A stretch of DNA of 64,000 nt from Candidatus Aenigmatarchaeota archaeon (GTDB lineage: Archaea > Aenigmatarchaeota > Aenigmatarchaeia > CG10238-14 > SCSR01), in contig JAWCME010000001.1 in the NCBI GenBank assembly GCA_039091335.1, positions 1-64,000 on the forward strand, given 5' to 3'. Shown here piece after piece: positions 39,886 through 49,724 of this stretch (within the stretch, counting starts at the first letter, position 1; the number at the start of each line of letters is the position of its first letter). A model generated the notes under the pieces. That model did not search any database and was not told the DNA's origin. It worked only from the letters and a program-made list of their open reading frames with translations. The translations under genes were made by a program, and so were the position numbers.

Positions 39886-40917
39886 ATGATACTGATTGAC
39901 GGGAAGGAAGCGGGGGGACAAGTTTTAAGAACTGCTGTTGGACTTTCTGCTATAACAAACAAGCCAATTAAAGTAATTAACATTCGTGGGGCAAGGGGTG
40001 ATGGTGGACTCAAAACCCAACATTTAGAAGGAATATTGGCAGTTGGTAATTTGTGCAATGCTAAAATAAAAGGGGCTGTTTTGGGATCAAAAGAGTTGGA
40101 GTTTATTCCTGGACGCATAGAGCCAAAACAATTAAATATAAAAATTTCTACCGCAGGTTCTATTGGGCTTCTTTTTCAATCGTTACAAACTATTTCTGGT
40201 TTTTGCGGTGAAGATATAAAAATAAATGTGTATGGTGGATCAACATCATCTGCATGGAGTCCCACACTACATTATATTCAAAACGTATTCCTTCCAATTG
40301 CAAACAAAATGGGGTTTTCTGCTGAAATAAAAATAATAAAAGAGGGGTTTTATCCAAAGGGTGGGGCAGAAGTAAAAATGATTATTCATCCCATTAAAAA
40401 GTTAACTCCAATAAAATTGACTGAAAGAGGGAAGATTAAAAATATAAGAGGAATTTCAATAGTCGGTTCTTTACCAAAACATGTTGCTGAAAGACAAAAT
40501 GAGTATGCAATAAAGGTTTTAAAGGAACACGGTTTTGATAATATAAATATATCGTATCAATTAGTTAGTACACTCTCTCCAGGAACTTCTATTACAATTT
40601 GGGCTGAATGTGAAAATTCCATAATTGGAGCAGACAACATAGGAAGAAGGGGGGTAAGGGCCGAGAAAATAGGGGAAGAATGTGCAAAAGAATTAATTGC
40701 ATCCTTAGAATCAAAAGCTGCTTTAGACAAATATATGGCAGACCAGATTTTGGTATTTTTATCTCTAGCAGACGGAGAGTCTGAAATAAGGGTTGAAGAA
40801 ATAACAGAGCATGTTAGAACAAACATTAAAGTAATTGAGCAAATTGTTGGAGTAAGATTTTATGTTGATGAAGATGAAAAAACAATTAGGGTCATAGGAA
40901 TAGGTTTGATGGGATAA
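39886..40917 (+). CDS. rtcA: RNA 3'-terminal phosphate cyclase
   Basis: GGQVLRTA, GLKTQHL, TAGS, GFYPKGG, ADQ, TEHVRTN. Confidence 0.94.
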   Translation: MILIDGKEAGGQVLRTAVGLSAITNKPIKVINIRGARGDGGLKTQHLEGILAVGNLCNAKIKGAVLGSKELEFIPGRIEPKQLNIKISTAGSIGLLFQSLQTISGFCGEDIKINVYGGSTSSAWSPTLHYIQNVFLPIANKMGFSAEIKIIKEGFYPKGGAEVKMIIHPIKKLTPIKLTERGKIKNIRGISIVGSLPKHVAERQNEYAIKVLKEHGFDNINISYQLVSTLSPGTSITIWAECENSIIGADNIGRRGVRAEKIGEECAKELIASLESKAALDKYMADQILVFLSLADGESEIRVEEITEHVRTNIKVIEQIVGVRFYVDEDEKTIRVIGIGLMG

Positions 40918-40931
40918 AAAAAAGGGAAAAT

Positions 40932-41237
40932 CTAAATTTTTTCAACCTTTTCTTTTCTTAATATTATCTTTGCCATCAAGAAGACGACAAAAGCTATTAT
41001 TACAAAGTTTATAAGGGATGAAAGAAAAGCTCCAGCCCTTATTACTATTGGTCCTATGTTTAATGTCGCTGCTTTCCAATCTTCTCCTGGTAGTAATGGG
41101 GTTATAAGTGGCATTATTATATCGTTAACAAGCGACTGAATTAATGCTGTTATTGCAACACCCATAATAAATGCTATTGCTAAAGGCAAAACTTTATATT
41201 CTCTCAAGAAATCCATAAATTCTCTCAACAACCCCAT
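40932..41237 (-). CDS. mscL: Large-conductance mechanosensitive channel family protein
   Basis: EFMDFL...LAIAFIMG...SLVNDIIMPLI...GAFLSSLINFVIIAF. Confidence 0.9.
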   Translation of the reverse strand: MGLLREFMDFLREYKVLPLAIAFIMGVAITALIQSLVNDIIMPLITPLLPGEDWKAATLNIGPIVIRAGAFLSSLINFVIIAFVVFLMAKIILRKEKVEKI

Positions 41238-41422
41238 TTTATCACTGTATTATTTTTAAAAAATAAGTTTAAATAATTTAATCTAAAAAAATTAAACTCT
41301 ACTAATAAACGAAAAGTTTTTAAATCCTTGAAACTAAGAAATAAAATACGCTTTTATGTTTGGTTAATTATCTATGGAATTTAGTTAATTAGTTAGCTCT
41401 GGAGGTAAACAAAAAATGTCGT

Positions 41423-41980
41423 GTGATGAAAATGAAGAAAGAGCTGCTAGTGGTAATGCTAGCCAGCATACTCTCATCAATTGGAGCAGGAATATTTGGT
41501 CCTGTTTACTTATTATACTATCAAAAGATTGGGGGGTATTCGGAAATTTCAATGGCTTTCGGGATATTTTGGATTGCTTTGGCCTTGATGGAAATACCTT
41601 TTGGCTATCTTTCTGACAGATTTGATAGAAAAATTTTCATAATTATTGGTGGTATTTTAACTTCTTTTGTATCTTTGTTTTACATTTTTATTAAAACGGT
41701 ATTTGAGCTCTACCTTTTAGAATTTTTAAGCGGAGTAGCTACGTCTATACAAAAACCTTCACTTCAATCCCTAATCTCAGAAATGGCTTCAAAAAAAGAA
41801 AGAGGGAAAATTTTTGGTTTATTCAGTTCTACTGTGAACCTTTCTTATGGCGTTGCTTCTCTGCTTTCTGGAATTCTAATAGGAATTTTTGGAATTAGCT
41901 CAATTTTTATTGTTTCTTCGCTTTTCCAACTCACTTCTACACTCATCGCTTTTAAAATTAGAAAATATGCTTTTGAATAG
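41423..41980 (+). CDS. Half-size (6-TM) MFS-like transporter
   Basis: MFS motif A GYLSDRFDRK and ERGKIFG; 185 aa only. Confidence 0.75.
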   Translation: MMKMKKELLVVMLASILSSIGAGIFGPVYLLYYQKIGGYSEISMAFGIFWIALALMEIPFGYLSDRFDRKIFIIIGGILTSFVSLFYIFIKTVFELYLLEFLSGVATSIQKPSLQSLISEMASKKERGKIFGLFSSTVNLSYGVASLLSGILIGIFGISSIFIVSSLFQLTSTLIAFKIRKYAFE

Positions 41981-42023
41981 AATTAAAGATTAGAAATTTA
42001 AACGTAAGCTATAATCTAAAAAT

Positions 42024-42317
42024 ATGGAACATGAGATAAAAGAGATAAGAAAATTTGGGGAAGGATTATTTTTAGAAGATGGTTCTTTCGTGCCTTATGG
42101 AAAAATATCATTGCGCTATGAAAAATACTGTCTTGGGGAATATGATGTTAGTAGTGTCGCTGAAAATCTTAATCTTTTTTTAGAAGAAGCAAAAAAATTA
42201 ATAAATTCTAGAAGAGAAAGTTATGTTTTTCTATCCTCCCAGGGCTGCATCCCATTCTATTTGGTTCCGTTGAGAGAGGAGTTAATTTCCCTAGCGAACA
42301 AACACTTTAAAAAATAA
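42024..42317 (+). CDS. Hypothetical protein
   Basis: 97-aa ORF with upstream TTTAAA. Confidence 0.5.
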   Translation: MEHEIKEIRKFGEGLFLEDGSFVPYGKISLRYEKYCLGEYDVSSVAENLNLFLEEAKKLINSRRESYVFLSSQGCIPFYLVPLREELISLANKHFKK

Positions 42318-42358
42318 AATTTTTATTTCAGTGTTCTTTAAAAAATAATTTAGATAGC

Positions 42359-42460
42359 GTGGAAGAAATAAAAGCAAGAATTTGCCCATACTGTAAGAAG
42401 AATGTTTACATATACTATGATAAGCATATATTAGTATGCAAATTCAAAAACAGAAGTTAA
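42359..42460 (+). CDS. Possible zinc-finger microprotein (33 aa), not in ORF track
   Basis: GTG..TAA ORF MEEIKARICPYCKKNVYIYYDKHILVCKFKNRS with CPxC...H...C. Confidence 0.4.
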   Translation: MEEIKARICPYCKKNVYIYYDKHILVCKFKNRS

Positions 42461-42467
42461 TTAAAAA

Positions 42468-43832
42468 TTATTTCAACATCTTTAAATCTTCTAAAATCTG
42501 GGCTGCCCTTTTTGTATCAAGGAATAGATTTTTAACCTTTTCTATGTCCTCAATTTCTATCTTAGACTTTCTTCCTTCAGCTACTATCTTAGCAGGGGCC
42601 AAAAGTTGGATAACATACCTTAAAGATGTTTTTTCTCCAAGCTCAGCCAAATAGTCTAGCACATTAGTGTCCAATTCAATTTTTTCCTCCTTTGCCCTAA
42701 TTTTCAGAATTTCCTTTATTTCTTCCTTCGTATATGGTTTGGTTGTAATTATGAGTACCCTATCTAAAAGATCGAGCGGAAGGCCAAAATAAGATTTTAT
42801 ATCAGTTCCTCTAATTGTTGTAATGCCCCTGTTTGTTGCTAAAATTAAAATAGGTGCTAACTCAGACTCTATAGCGCGATTTAAGAATGATATTGATTCT
42901 ATGTCTAGCATCGAACATTCGTCAACAAAAAGTATTCCTGGTAGCAATTCGCATTTGCCTTCCTGAACAAGTGTTTTTATATATTCATCAACCTCTTTTC
43001 TTACTTCTGGCTCTATTTCTTTGCTTTCCTTACCTCCAAAAAATAAGCTGAATATATCTCCACCTTGTCTGCTATTTGCAACATCAAGAGTGTGAAGAGT
43101 TACAGGATAAACAAACTCCTTTTCTTTGAAAACCCTTCCTCTCGGAACTTCTAATAGTTGGGTTGATGCCAGATCGAGCTTTTTCTCTTCTGCACTTTCC
43201 TTGCTCTTCCCAAGCTTAACTATTCTCCCCCCATCAACATCAATTTGAACTATGTCTCCTGTTTCTATTCCTTGTTGAATTAATTGAATTGCAAAGCTTT
43301 GATCCATTGTTAATTTTTTGCTTTCATCTTTTGTAGCGATTTTTATGGTTGCGCCAACAGGAATTTTTTGATATGGGTTGTATGGATGTTGAGAAGTTTC
43401 TATGTTTATTTCTTTTATCTCTCCCTCATATATTTTCCTCATTTCATGAATCCTTGCGCCTATCGCCTTTCTTAGAGTTTGTGTTAAGAATTCTGTTTTT
43501 TTCATTTCTATTGAAAATATTTCGCTTGCGGTTAGGTTAACAAATGGTACATCTTTTCCCAATTCTTTTGCTATTGCAATGCCAATGGCACTTTTCCCGC
43601 TTCCGGGTGGGCCTGCTAATAATACCGCTCTTCCAGCAAACTTACCCTCTTTTATCAGCTTTACAACCAGCCCAGCCGCTTCCCTTGCTTCTATTTGCCC
43701 AACCATTCCTTGTGCTACTGGTTTTGCTTTATGCCCGTCTAAACCAAGTCCTTGAATGTGAGAATGTGCAGCTATCCTTTCCCATTCTTGAAGAGATTCG
43801 GGAATTTCGGCTATTTCAGCCATTTCCCTCAC
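42468..43832 (-). CDS. RuvB-like AAA+ ATPase (TIP49/RUVBL family)
   Basis: AHSHIQGLGL, GMVGQ, GPPGSGKS, PGILFVDE, ATNRG, LPLDLLDR, SLRY. Confidence 0.95.
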   Translation of the reverse strand: MREMAEIAEIPESLQEWERIAAHSHIQGLGLDGHKAKPVAQGMVGQIEAREAAGLVVKLIKEGKFAGRAVLLAGPPGSGKSAIGIAIAKELGKDVPFVNLTASEIFSIEMKKTEFLTQTLRKAIGARIHEMRKIYEGEIKEINIETSQHPYNPYQKIPVGATIKIATKDESKKLTMDQSFAIQLIQQGIETGDIVQIDVDGGRIVKLGKSKESAEEKKLDLASTQLLEVPRGRVFKEKEFVYPVTLHTLDVANSRQGGDIFSLFFGGKESKEIEPEVRKEVDEYIKTLVQEGKCELLPGILFVDECSMLDIESISFLNRAIESELAPILILATNRGITTIRGTDIKSYFGLPLDLLDRVLIITTKPYTKEEIKEILKIRAKEEKIELDTNVLDYLAELGEKTSLRYVIQLLAPAKIVAEGRKSKIEIEDIEKVKNLFLDTKRAAQILEDLKMLK

Positions 43833-44440
43833 CTCTCAATCTCTATTTTTAGAATATTATTCTTAAATTCTTTACTCACAGAGGCATTTGGTGGAATTGG
43901 AATTAATTTAAAATAAGCTTTGTCGTCAACAAATGCTTTAACTTCAATGCTCTGTTCAAGTCTTTTGACTTCTAAGTTTTCTGGTTTTACATCTGGCAGC
44001 TTGATTTTAATTATTTGTTTTCTTCCTATATTTTCAATCTTCGTTTCTGGTTCTTCTGTTATTTTTGGTACTCTTATTTTTTCTTCCTTTTCTCCAATCT
44101 CTTCTATTGCTGGTTTAATTCCCAACCTTCTTTTTATTTCTGGCTCAACTTTTTTGTATTCTCCTGTTGTTTTTATCTCAACCTTTGGTTCCCTCCCTCC
44201 CATAGAATGGATTGTTATACTTATACCAGAAGAAGGAAACCCCCTTCTTCTAGGTAGTTTAAAAAGACTAGAAGCAAAAAATTTATCTATGTTTCTCATT
44301 TCTTTTTCTATTTCCTCTGATAGGTCAAATATGTCTCTTTCTTCTGCCAATTCCTCTCCACAAGACGGGCAGAACCGCCAATTCGACTTTACTTTTTCCC
44401 CGCAATTTGGACATCTTTTTTTTTCGAACATTTTTGTCAT
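43829..44440 (-). CDS. Zn-ribbon plus C-terminal Hsp20/CS-like domain protein
   Basis: CPNCG...FCPSCG; C-terminal EPET...IKLPDV...SIEVKA...YFKLIPIP...ILKIEI. Confidence 0.78.
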   Translation of the reverse strand: MTKMFEKKRCPNCGEKVKSNWRFCPSCGEELAEERDIFDLSEEIEKEMRNIDKFFASSLFKLPRRRGFPSSGISITIHSMGGREPKVEIKTTGEYKKVEPEIKRRLGIKPAIEEIGEKEEKIRVPKITEEPETKIENIGRKQIIKIKLPDVKPENLEVKRLEQSIEVKAFVDDKAYFKLIPIPPNASVSKEFKNNILKIEIER

Positions 44441-44444
44441 TATT

Positions 44445-44894
44445 TTATTCTACTTTTATTTCTTTTATTTTCTTTGATGTCTTTAACTTCTTGGCTCTTA
44501 TCTCCAGCACACCATTTTCGTAGCTTGCCTTTGCTGTGTCAGGATTAACTTCTGTGGGTAAGCTAAAATACCTTCTCATAGCCCCTGCTCTTCTTTCGGC
44601 CTTAAAGAATGTTTCTGTTTTTTCTCTTTTCTCTTCTTTTTTTTGCGCTGTTATTTCCATGCTATTTTCTGTAACATTAACTTTTATTTCACCCCTTTCA
44701 AATCCTGGCAAATCTGCCCTTACTATCACTTCATCTTCTGTTTCACTTATATCAACAGGAAAATATCTCCACCTTATTGGCTCTATTACTTCTTCACTTA
44801 TTGGCTCCCAGACTCCCCTCCACATTCCTCTCATTAGCCTGTGAATTCTCCTATGTAATTTTTCAATTTCATCAAATGGATCCTCCCATATCAT
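44445..44894 (-). CDS. Small heat-shock protein Hsp20
   Basis: PVDISE...ADLPG...LPTEV...ASYENGVLEI; C-terminal IKV. Confidence 0.94.
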   Translation of the reverse strand: MIWEDPFDEIEKLHRRIHRLMRGMWRGVWEPISEEVIEPIRWRYFPVDISETEDEVIVRADLPGFERGEIKVNVTENSMEITAQKKEEKREKTETFFKAERRAGAMRRYFSLPTEVNPDTAKASYENGVLEIRAKKLKTSKKIKEIKVE

Positions 44895-44903
44895 TCTCTC
44901 ACC

Positions 44904-44927
44904 ATTTAGTGTTTAAATAAACTAAAT
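44904..44927. promoter_or_regulatory. Inverted repeat (candidate operator) upstream of hsp20
   Basis: ATTTAGT-N10-ACTAAAT between a TTTAAATA box (about 44939-44946) and the hsp20 start. Confidence 0.4.
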
Positions 44928-45015
44928 ATTTATTCTTATTTAAATAGTTTTCTGTTGTTGGTTATTTGAGAAGAAATTTAAAATTAATTTATTTTTTAGT
45001 ATAAGATAATTAAAT

Positions 45016-45174
45016 ATGGTAAGTTTTGTTTTTATGATTTTTGGGATATTGGATCTAGTTGCGGGACTGTTTCTTTTTTTTAGCCCCACATTTCTTCCGG
45101 AAATATCAAAATTTTTTGCTTTAGCACTTATAGGAAAAGGTATATGGACTATAATTACAAGTTTTGCTTCCTAG
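45016..45174 (+). CDS. Small two-TM membrane protein (52 aa), not in ORF track
   Basis: MVSFVFMIFGILDLVAGLFLFF...ALALIGKGIWTI; two hydrophobic helices. Confidence 0.6.
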   Translation: MVSFVFMIFGILDLVAGLFLFFSPTFLPEISKFFALALIGKGIWTIITSFAS

Positions 45175-45425
45175 TATGAAACCAGCCTAATTATTTCTTC
45201 GAGCAAAAAGTGGCAATTGAGCGGAGAGTATTTTGCGTTTCTCACTTCTTCCTTTACTTCTTTTAAACAATTTTCTGCTTGCCTGTTGTAGGGAAATGTA
45301 GAAAGTGAAATTGAAAAAACCCTTCTCCTTAGCGTATCGTTTTTCTTGCTATCAAATCCTCCATATACCAATCTTAAACATTCATCGCTTATCCTTTTAA
45401 TATTTTCTATACTGTACTCAGACAT
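45171..45425 (-). CDS. Hypothetical protein
   Basis: 84-aa ORF downstream of rps27e. Confidence 0.5.
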   Translation of the reverse strand: MSEYSIENIKRISDECLRLVYGGFDSKKNDTLRRRVFSISLSTFPYNRQAENCLKEVKEEVRNAKYSPLNCHFLLEEIIRLVSY

Positions 45426-45458
45426 ATAATTAAGAAATTTTATATTAAATTTAAATTC

Positions 45459-45647
45459 TTAACTTAAAACCTGAAGGATTTTACATTTTACAGAAGCCTC
45501 TCCACCACTAGGTTTTAAAAGAACTTCTCCACAAACCAAACATTTAACAGTTGTTGATGCCTTGCTAAAAACTATCTGCTCATTTTTACACTTTTTACAA
45601 GCAACCTTGAGAAACCTAGAGTTTGGCGCTGAAATTACTGTTTTCAT
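45459..45647 (-). CDS. rps27e: 30S ribosomal protein S27e
   Basis: SRFLKVACKKC.NEQIVF...VKCLVCG..L.KPSGG. Confidence 0.95.
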   Translation of the reverse strand: MKTVISAPNSRFLKVACKKCKNEQIVFSKASTTVKCLVCGEVLLKPSGGEASVKCKILQVLS

Positions 45648-45683
45648 TTTATTCAATTTATTTGCAAAATTTAAATTTTTTAT

Positions 45684-45965
45684 CTAAACTTTTTTTATTT
45701 CAAATTTTTTTGCTCTCCATCCCCTTCCTCTTGTATGTTTTTTTCCACACTTCAAACACTTAAATCTCAAATCAACTCTCTTTACTGCCTTCTCATAATC
45801 AGGCTTACTTTTTGGAAATGAAGTATAGCCCTTTAGTTTTCTCAAAAATCTTCTTTGTCCAACTGCTAAGCTTCTCCTCTGTCTTTTTTTTCCAATTTCA
45901 ACCTCATGTAACTGATGTGACTTGCAATACGGACAATAGACATTTATTTTTTTGGGAAATTTCAT
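45684..45965 (-). CDS. rpl44e: 50S ribosomal protein L44e
   Basis: MKFPK...YCPYCKSH...[11 protein letters not shown]. Confidence 0.95.
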   Translation of the reverse strand: MKFPKKINVYCPYCKSHQLHEVEIGKKRQRRSLAVGQRRFLRKLKGYTSFPKSKPDYEKAVKRVDLRFKCLKCGKKHTRGRGWRAKKFEIKKV

Positions 45966-46498
45966 CTACTCACCTTTAACTCCTCAACTATTCCTTTTTC
46001 AATCAAAACTTTAACATTTTCCTCCGGAAGTTTAACTATATCCCCCTTTTTAAATGGGCCATATGTTTTTTCATCTATTCCGATGAATTCCGGGAAGTCC
46101 TCTTTAAAGACGACTAACCCTATGGTTTCTTCTTCTAAAGATAGAATTGAAGTTAAACATTTATTTCTTCTCTCTTTTATTAAATTAACTAAACTTTCAA
46201 AGAATTTTCTCTCCTCTTCAGTCAAATTTTCTGGTGGAATGTTTGTTCTTGCTGCTATCAGGGCAGAATTTAATATTTTCCTTTCTCTTCTATTAAAAAT
46301 ATCTTCTACAAGCCTCTCAACACTTTTTATTTCTAACGCAATTTTTCTGTCTTCCATAGTTTCTGTTATCTTTTTTTTCTGCTGAATGTAAGAACTAACC
46401 CTTTTATAGAAATCTTCTGGTAGCTTTGTAAGTTTTGAAGAGCTTTGTTCTTCAATCTGAACCTTTCTTATGAACTCGAATGTTATGGTTTCTTCCAT
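45962..46498 (-). CDS. GINS subunit (Gins15/Gins51-like)
   Basis: [27 protein letters not shown]...[13 protein letters not shown]. Confidence 0.88.
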   Translation of the reverse strand: MEETITFEFIRKVQIEEQSSSKLTKLPEDFYKRVSSYIQQKKKITETMEDRKIALEIKSVERLVEDIFNRRERKILNSALIAARTNIPPENLTEEERKFFESLVNLIKERRNKCLTSILSLEEETIGLVVFKEDFPEFIGIDEKTYGPFKKGDIVKLPEENVKVLIEKGIVEELKVSR

Positions 46499-46538
46499 TT
46501 TCTCACTATATATAGGTAGTGAAGGTTTATTTAAGGAA

Positions 46539-47813
46539 TTATTTTTTCTTTTTTAACTTTTTGAATGGATAGTTAATTGGGTTTTTTATACCAACACATA
46601 TTTCGTCTGGATTGCAAACTCCAATGCTCTTATAAAACAAATCATTATCACAATTTGGTGGCAGTAAGTTTCTACTCTGCCTAAAATGCCATCTTAACTG
46701 TGTCCTTAGATAGTTTGCTCTTAACGGAGGATAGTTTTTTTCATTCCACTCAAAAATTTTCTTTTCCATTTTTTCCAAATCCCAGCCCATGTTCCTTAAG
46801 AAATTAATCAATACAAAAACGCTTCTTTTTCTTCCATCTTGAAGTCCCTTTAAAATCAAAGAAACACAAGGCGGAAAAAGATTTTCGGATATCTCTCTCA
46901 TCTTTATTGTTTTTTTCGGTTTTGTTATTTCTTCTTTCAATTCAACCTTTTGCTTTAAGGCCCAATCTAGAGCCTCTATTATTAAAGCCTCTGCATCGTG
47001 CAACTTAACCTTTTGTATCAAAAACTTCTCTTCGACCTTAACCTTTTCTGGTAATGCATCTTCTTTCTCAAACCTATCTATTCTTTCAGGTTTTATTGGA
47101 AGGCTAACGAGTAAAGTAGTTTCATGCAAAGAATACGGCAATCGAAATAGGTGTCTTGAACCAAAAACATCTATATTTACTATTTTAAATGGTTCTATTC
47201 CTTCCTCTCCAGCTATTTTGTTAAGCGGCTTCTTAATCCTTCTAGCTATATTTATAGGATTATCTAGCATGAGCATTTCTTCTTTAAGTGGCTCTTTGAT
47301 ATACCATTTTATATACTCTATAATTTTTTGTAGTAAATGCGGATAAAGTGTTTGAAATGGCTGCATGTTTATTTTTTCAGGGATTGATTCTGAACAAATT
47401 CCAATGTGAAAAGATTTCCCACCAGTAAACTTACATGAATAATTCACAACACCATGGTCCTTTAATCCTTCTATTATTTGTTTAGTAACTATTTTTGCAA
47501 TCTCAAAATCTGAAACATCGATGTCTATGAATATGTCCCAACCTATTCTTAAACTGTCCAGCTCTTCTTTTACCATGCCAACATCAAGTTTCATGGGCTG
47601 AGCCCATCTTTCAACACTTCCGTGAAATGCAACAACACCCTCAGAAACAGCCTGTAGTATGTCTTGTGAATACTGTATTATATCTGGGCGTCTTCCAAAC
47701 CTTCCGTCCTTGTAAACAGAGACAACCTCCCTATTTTTTCCCACCTCTAATAAAGCCTTTTGTACACTTTCTCTAGAATACCAATTCAAAATTTTTTTAT
47801 ATGTTTCCGACAT
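46539..47813 (-). CDS. Fused DNA primase (PriS catalytic domain + PriL Fe-S C-terminal domain)
   Basis: GWDIFIDID, KFTGGKSFH, RHLFRLPYSL, then FPPCV...DGRKR...PPNC...C.PDEIC...KNP. Confidence 0.88.
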   Translation of the reverse strand: MSETYKKILNWYSRESVQKALLEVGKNREVVSVYKDGRFGRRPDIIQYSQDILQAVSEGVVAFHGSVERWAQPMKLDVGMVKEELDSLRIGWDIFIDIDVSDFEIAKIVTKQIIEGLKDHGVVNYSCKFTGGKSFHIGICSESIPEKINMQPFQTLYPHLLQKIIEYIKWYIKEPLKEEMLMLDNPINIARRIKKPLNKIAGEEGIEPFKIVNIDVFGSRHLFRLPYSLHETTLLVSLPIKPERIDRFEKEDALPEKVKVEEKFLIQKVKLHDAEALIIEALDWALKQKVELKEEITKPKKTIKMREISENLFPPCVSLILKGLQDGRKRSVFVLINFLRNMGWDLEKMEKKIFEWNEKNYPPLRANYLRTQLRWHFRQSRNLLPPNCDNDLFYKSIGVCNPDEICVGIKNPINYPFKKLKKKK

Positions 47814-47909
47814 GTTATAACCACTTAAACATTTTATTGATTGTTTAAAAGATTTAATAAGTTATTACACTCAACTAACTTTAAAAATTAAAAAAATAAA
47901 ATTAATTTA

Positions 47910-48515
47910 ATGATGGATATTGTTAATTCTATTTCATCTTTTTTGATAGAAATTTTTCCAAAACTTTTGGCTGCAGTTGCTTTTCTTTTGCTTGGATGGT
48001 TGCTTGGGATTGTAATCGGAAGGGTTATAAAGGAATTAATGATAAAACTCAAAATAGACCAAAGGATATTTAGAGAAAAAAGAGTTGGATTCAAACCAAG
48101 TAATTTTTTCCCCACGCTTTTTAGTTGGACTGTTTACCTCCTTTTCATATGGGTGGCTGTTGATATACTTGGAATTCAAGTATTGAGAGAAGCTATGCAA
48201 ACAATAGTAATGGAATTTCTGCCTGGTATGATAAAAGCGGTTATTATAGTAGTAGTTGGTTATATAGTTGGTGAATATATAAAGAGACAGGTTGAGTTGA
48301 CAAAAGTGGAGTATTCAAAAATGCTTGGAAACATTGTTTTTTGGCTAATAATCTATATCTCGGTTGCAACAGCACTGCCATTGATAGGAATAAATCCAAC
48401 ACTTCTAAATAACATATTGTTGATAATAGGCATAGCGATAGCTATTGGGCTTGGACTGAAAGATGTTGTGAGAGAAATTTCAAAAAAATATATAGAGAAA
48501 AGTAAAAAAGGTTAA
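47910..48515 (+). CDS. Conserved TM-helix repeat membrane protein (CmpX/MscS TM-like)
   Basis: Two repeats PKLLAA..LLLGW / PGMIKA..VVGY; AIGLGLKD. Confidence 0.75.
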   Translation: MMDIVNSISSFLIEIFPKLLAAVAFLLLGWLLGIVIGRVIKELMIKLKIDQRIFREKRVGFKPSNFFPTLFSWTVYLLFIWVAVDILGIQVLREAMQTIVMEFLPGMIKAVIIVVVGYIVGEYIKRQVELTKVEYSKMLGNIVFWLIIYISVATALPLIGINPTLLNNILLIIGIAIAIGLGLKDVVREISKKYIEKSKKG

Positions 48516-49462
48516 AAATCTGTAATTTGTTTTTGCTCATTTTTTTGAAGAGCCGTTGCTTTAATTCCAAGTCTTCTTTCTATTTCCATTGCGAGCTCTT
48601 TTGCAAAGCCATGAACGCAACATACTCTTTCCGGCCCAACCTTTTCAACAAATTTTAAAAGTTGATTAAAGTCGCAATGGTCTGACATAGGAAACCCTTT
48701 AACACCAAAATCTCTTATAACACTCCATCCTGTAACTATGCATTTTCTAGTTCTACTTTTTTTTGTCAAAACTGCAACATGCATCGGAACAACAAAAAAA
48801 TCTGTTTTTTGCTCCTCAAAAAATTCTAGGTTTGAACCAAAACTATTGTAAATTTCGCAATATTTTCTTATACTACTTGAAACACTGGGAACAATTCCCT
48901 CCTTATTTAATAGTTTCACCACTTCTTGAGATTTTCCAACAGTATATCCCCCTATCATCACAGAAAGACCTGCATCATTCTGTTCCAAAACCCAATCAAT
49001 AATACTTTTTCTCACCTCTTTTATCGAAGGAAAAACAAAGGTTGGCAAGCCATAAGTTGATTCTAATATTAAGGTATCCGCTCTTTTAATTTCAATTTTC
49101 TTTCCTGTAAGACCCTTTGAAATCTTGAAATCTCCAGTATATAAAATTGAATTACTTTCCGTCTCTATAAGGGTTTGAGTCGATCCAAGGATATGCCCAG
49201 AGCTTATTAACCTTACAGAAAACCCATCAAACTCTATCTTTTCATTTTCCCTAACTATGTTTGCCTCAAATTCAGGGTTTCTTATTTTTATAAGTTCATA
49301 TGTTTCTTGAGTGCAGTATGGTTTTTTTATTATTACCTGGGGGGAATGGTCTGAATGAGCATGTGAAATAAAAGAAATAAAATCAGATATTTTTGGGTCC
49401 AAAAGTATTGTTTGATTTCCAATTTTTATTCCTATTCCATTTCCGAGAGAAAAAACAACCAT
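48512..49462 (-). CDS. MBL-fold beta-CASP nuclease (ligase-associated exonuclease-like)
   Basis: SHAHSDH, SGHILGS, YTGD, ESTYGLP.FVFP, GKSQE, TGW, SDHCDF, VHG. Confidence 0.88.
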   Translation of the reverse strand: MVVFSLGNGIGIKIGNQTILLDPKISDFISFISHAHSDHSPQVIIKKPYCTQETYELIKIRNPEFEANIVRENEKIEFDGFSVRLISSGHILGSTQTLIETESNSILYTGDFKISKGLTGKKIEIKRADTLILESTYGLPTFVFPSIKEVRKSIIDWVLEQNDAGLSVMIGGYTVGKSQEVVKLLNKEGIVPSVSSSIRKYCEIYNSFGSNLEFFEEQKTDFFVVPMHVAVLTKKSRTRKCIVTGWSVIRDFGVKGFPMSDHCDFNQLLKFVEKVGPERVCCVHGFAKELAMEIERRLGIKATALQKNEQKQITDF

Positions 49463-49471
49463 ATTAATTAT

Positions 49472-49720
49472 TTATTTTTTCATCTTCTTTATTTCTGACC
49501 TTAGACTTGGTACTTTAATCCATAGATTACAATTACTACACTTAAAACCGAATGGTTTTTTCCATGTTTCAAATTTTTTCTCTGAATAACTACACTCTGG
49601 GCAGGTGTATTCTACCATCGCCCTTGTTTCTCCCTTCAAAACAACAACTCTTACCCTTCCTTTGTTTTCACCAGAAGAGTTTTGTAGAATTCTTGTAGTA
49701 ATATATTGAATGTTAGACAT
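49472..49720 (-). CDS. Small Zn-finger hypothetical protein
   Basis: YTCPEC...FKCSNC; directly downstream of rpl40e. Confidence 0.7.
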   Translation of the reverse strand: MSNIQYITTRILQNSSGENKGRVRVVVLKGETRAMVEYTCPECSYSEKKFETWKKPFGFKCSNCNLWIKVPSLRSEIKKMKK

Positions 49721-49724
49721 TTCA

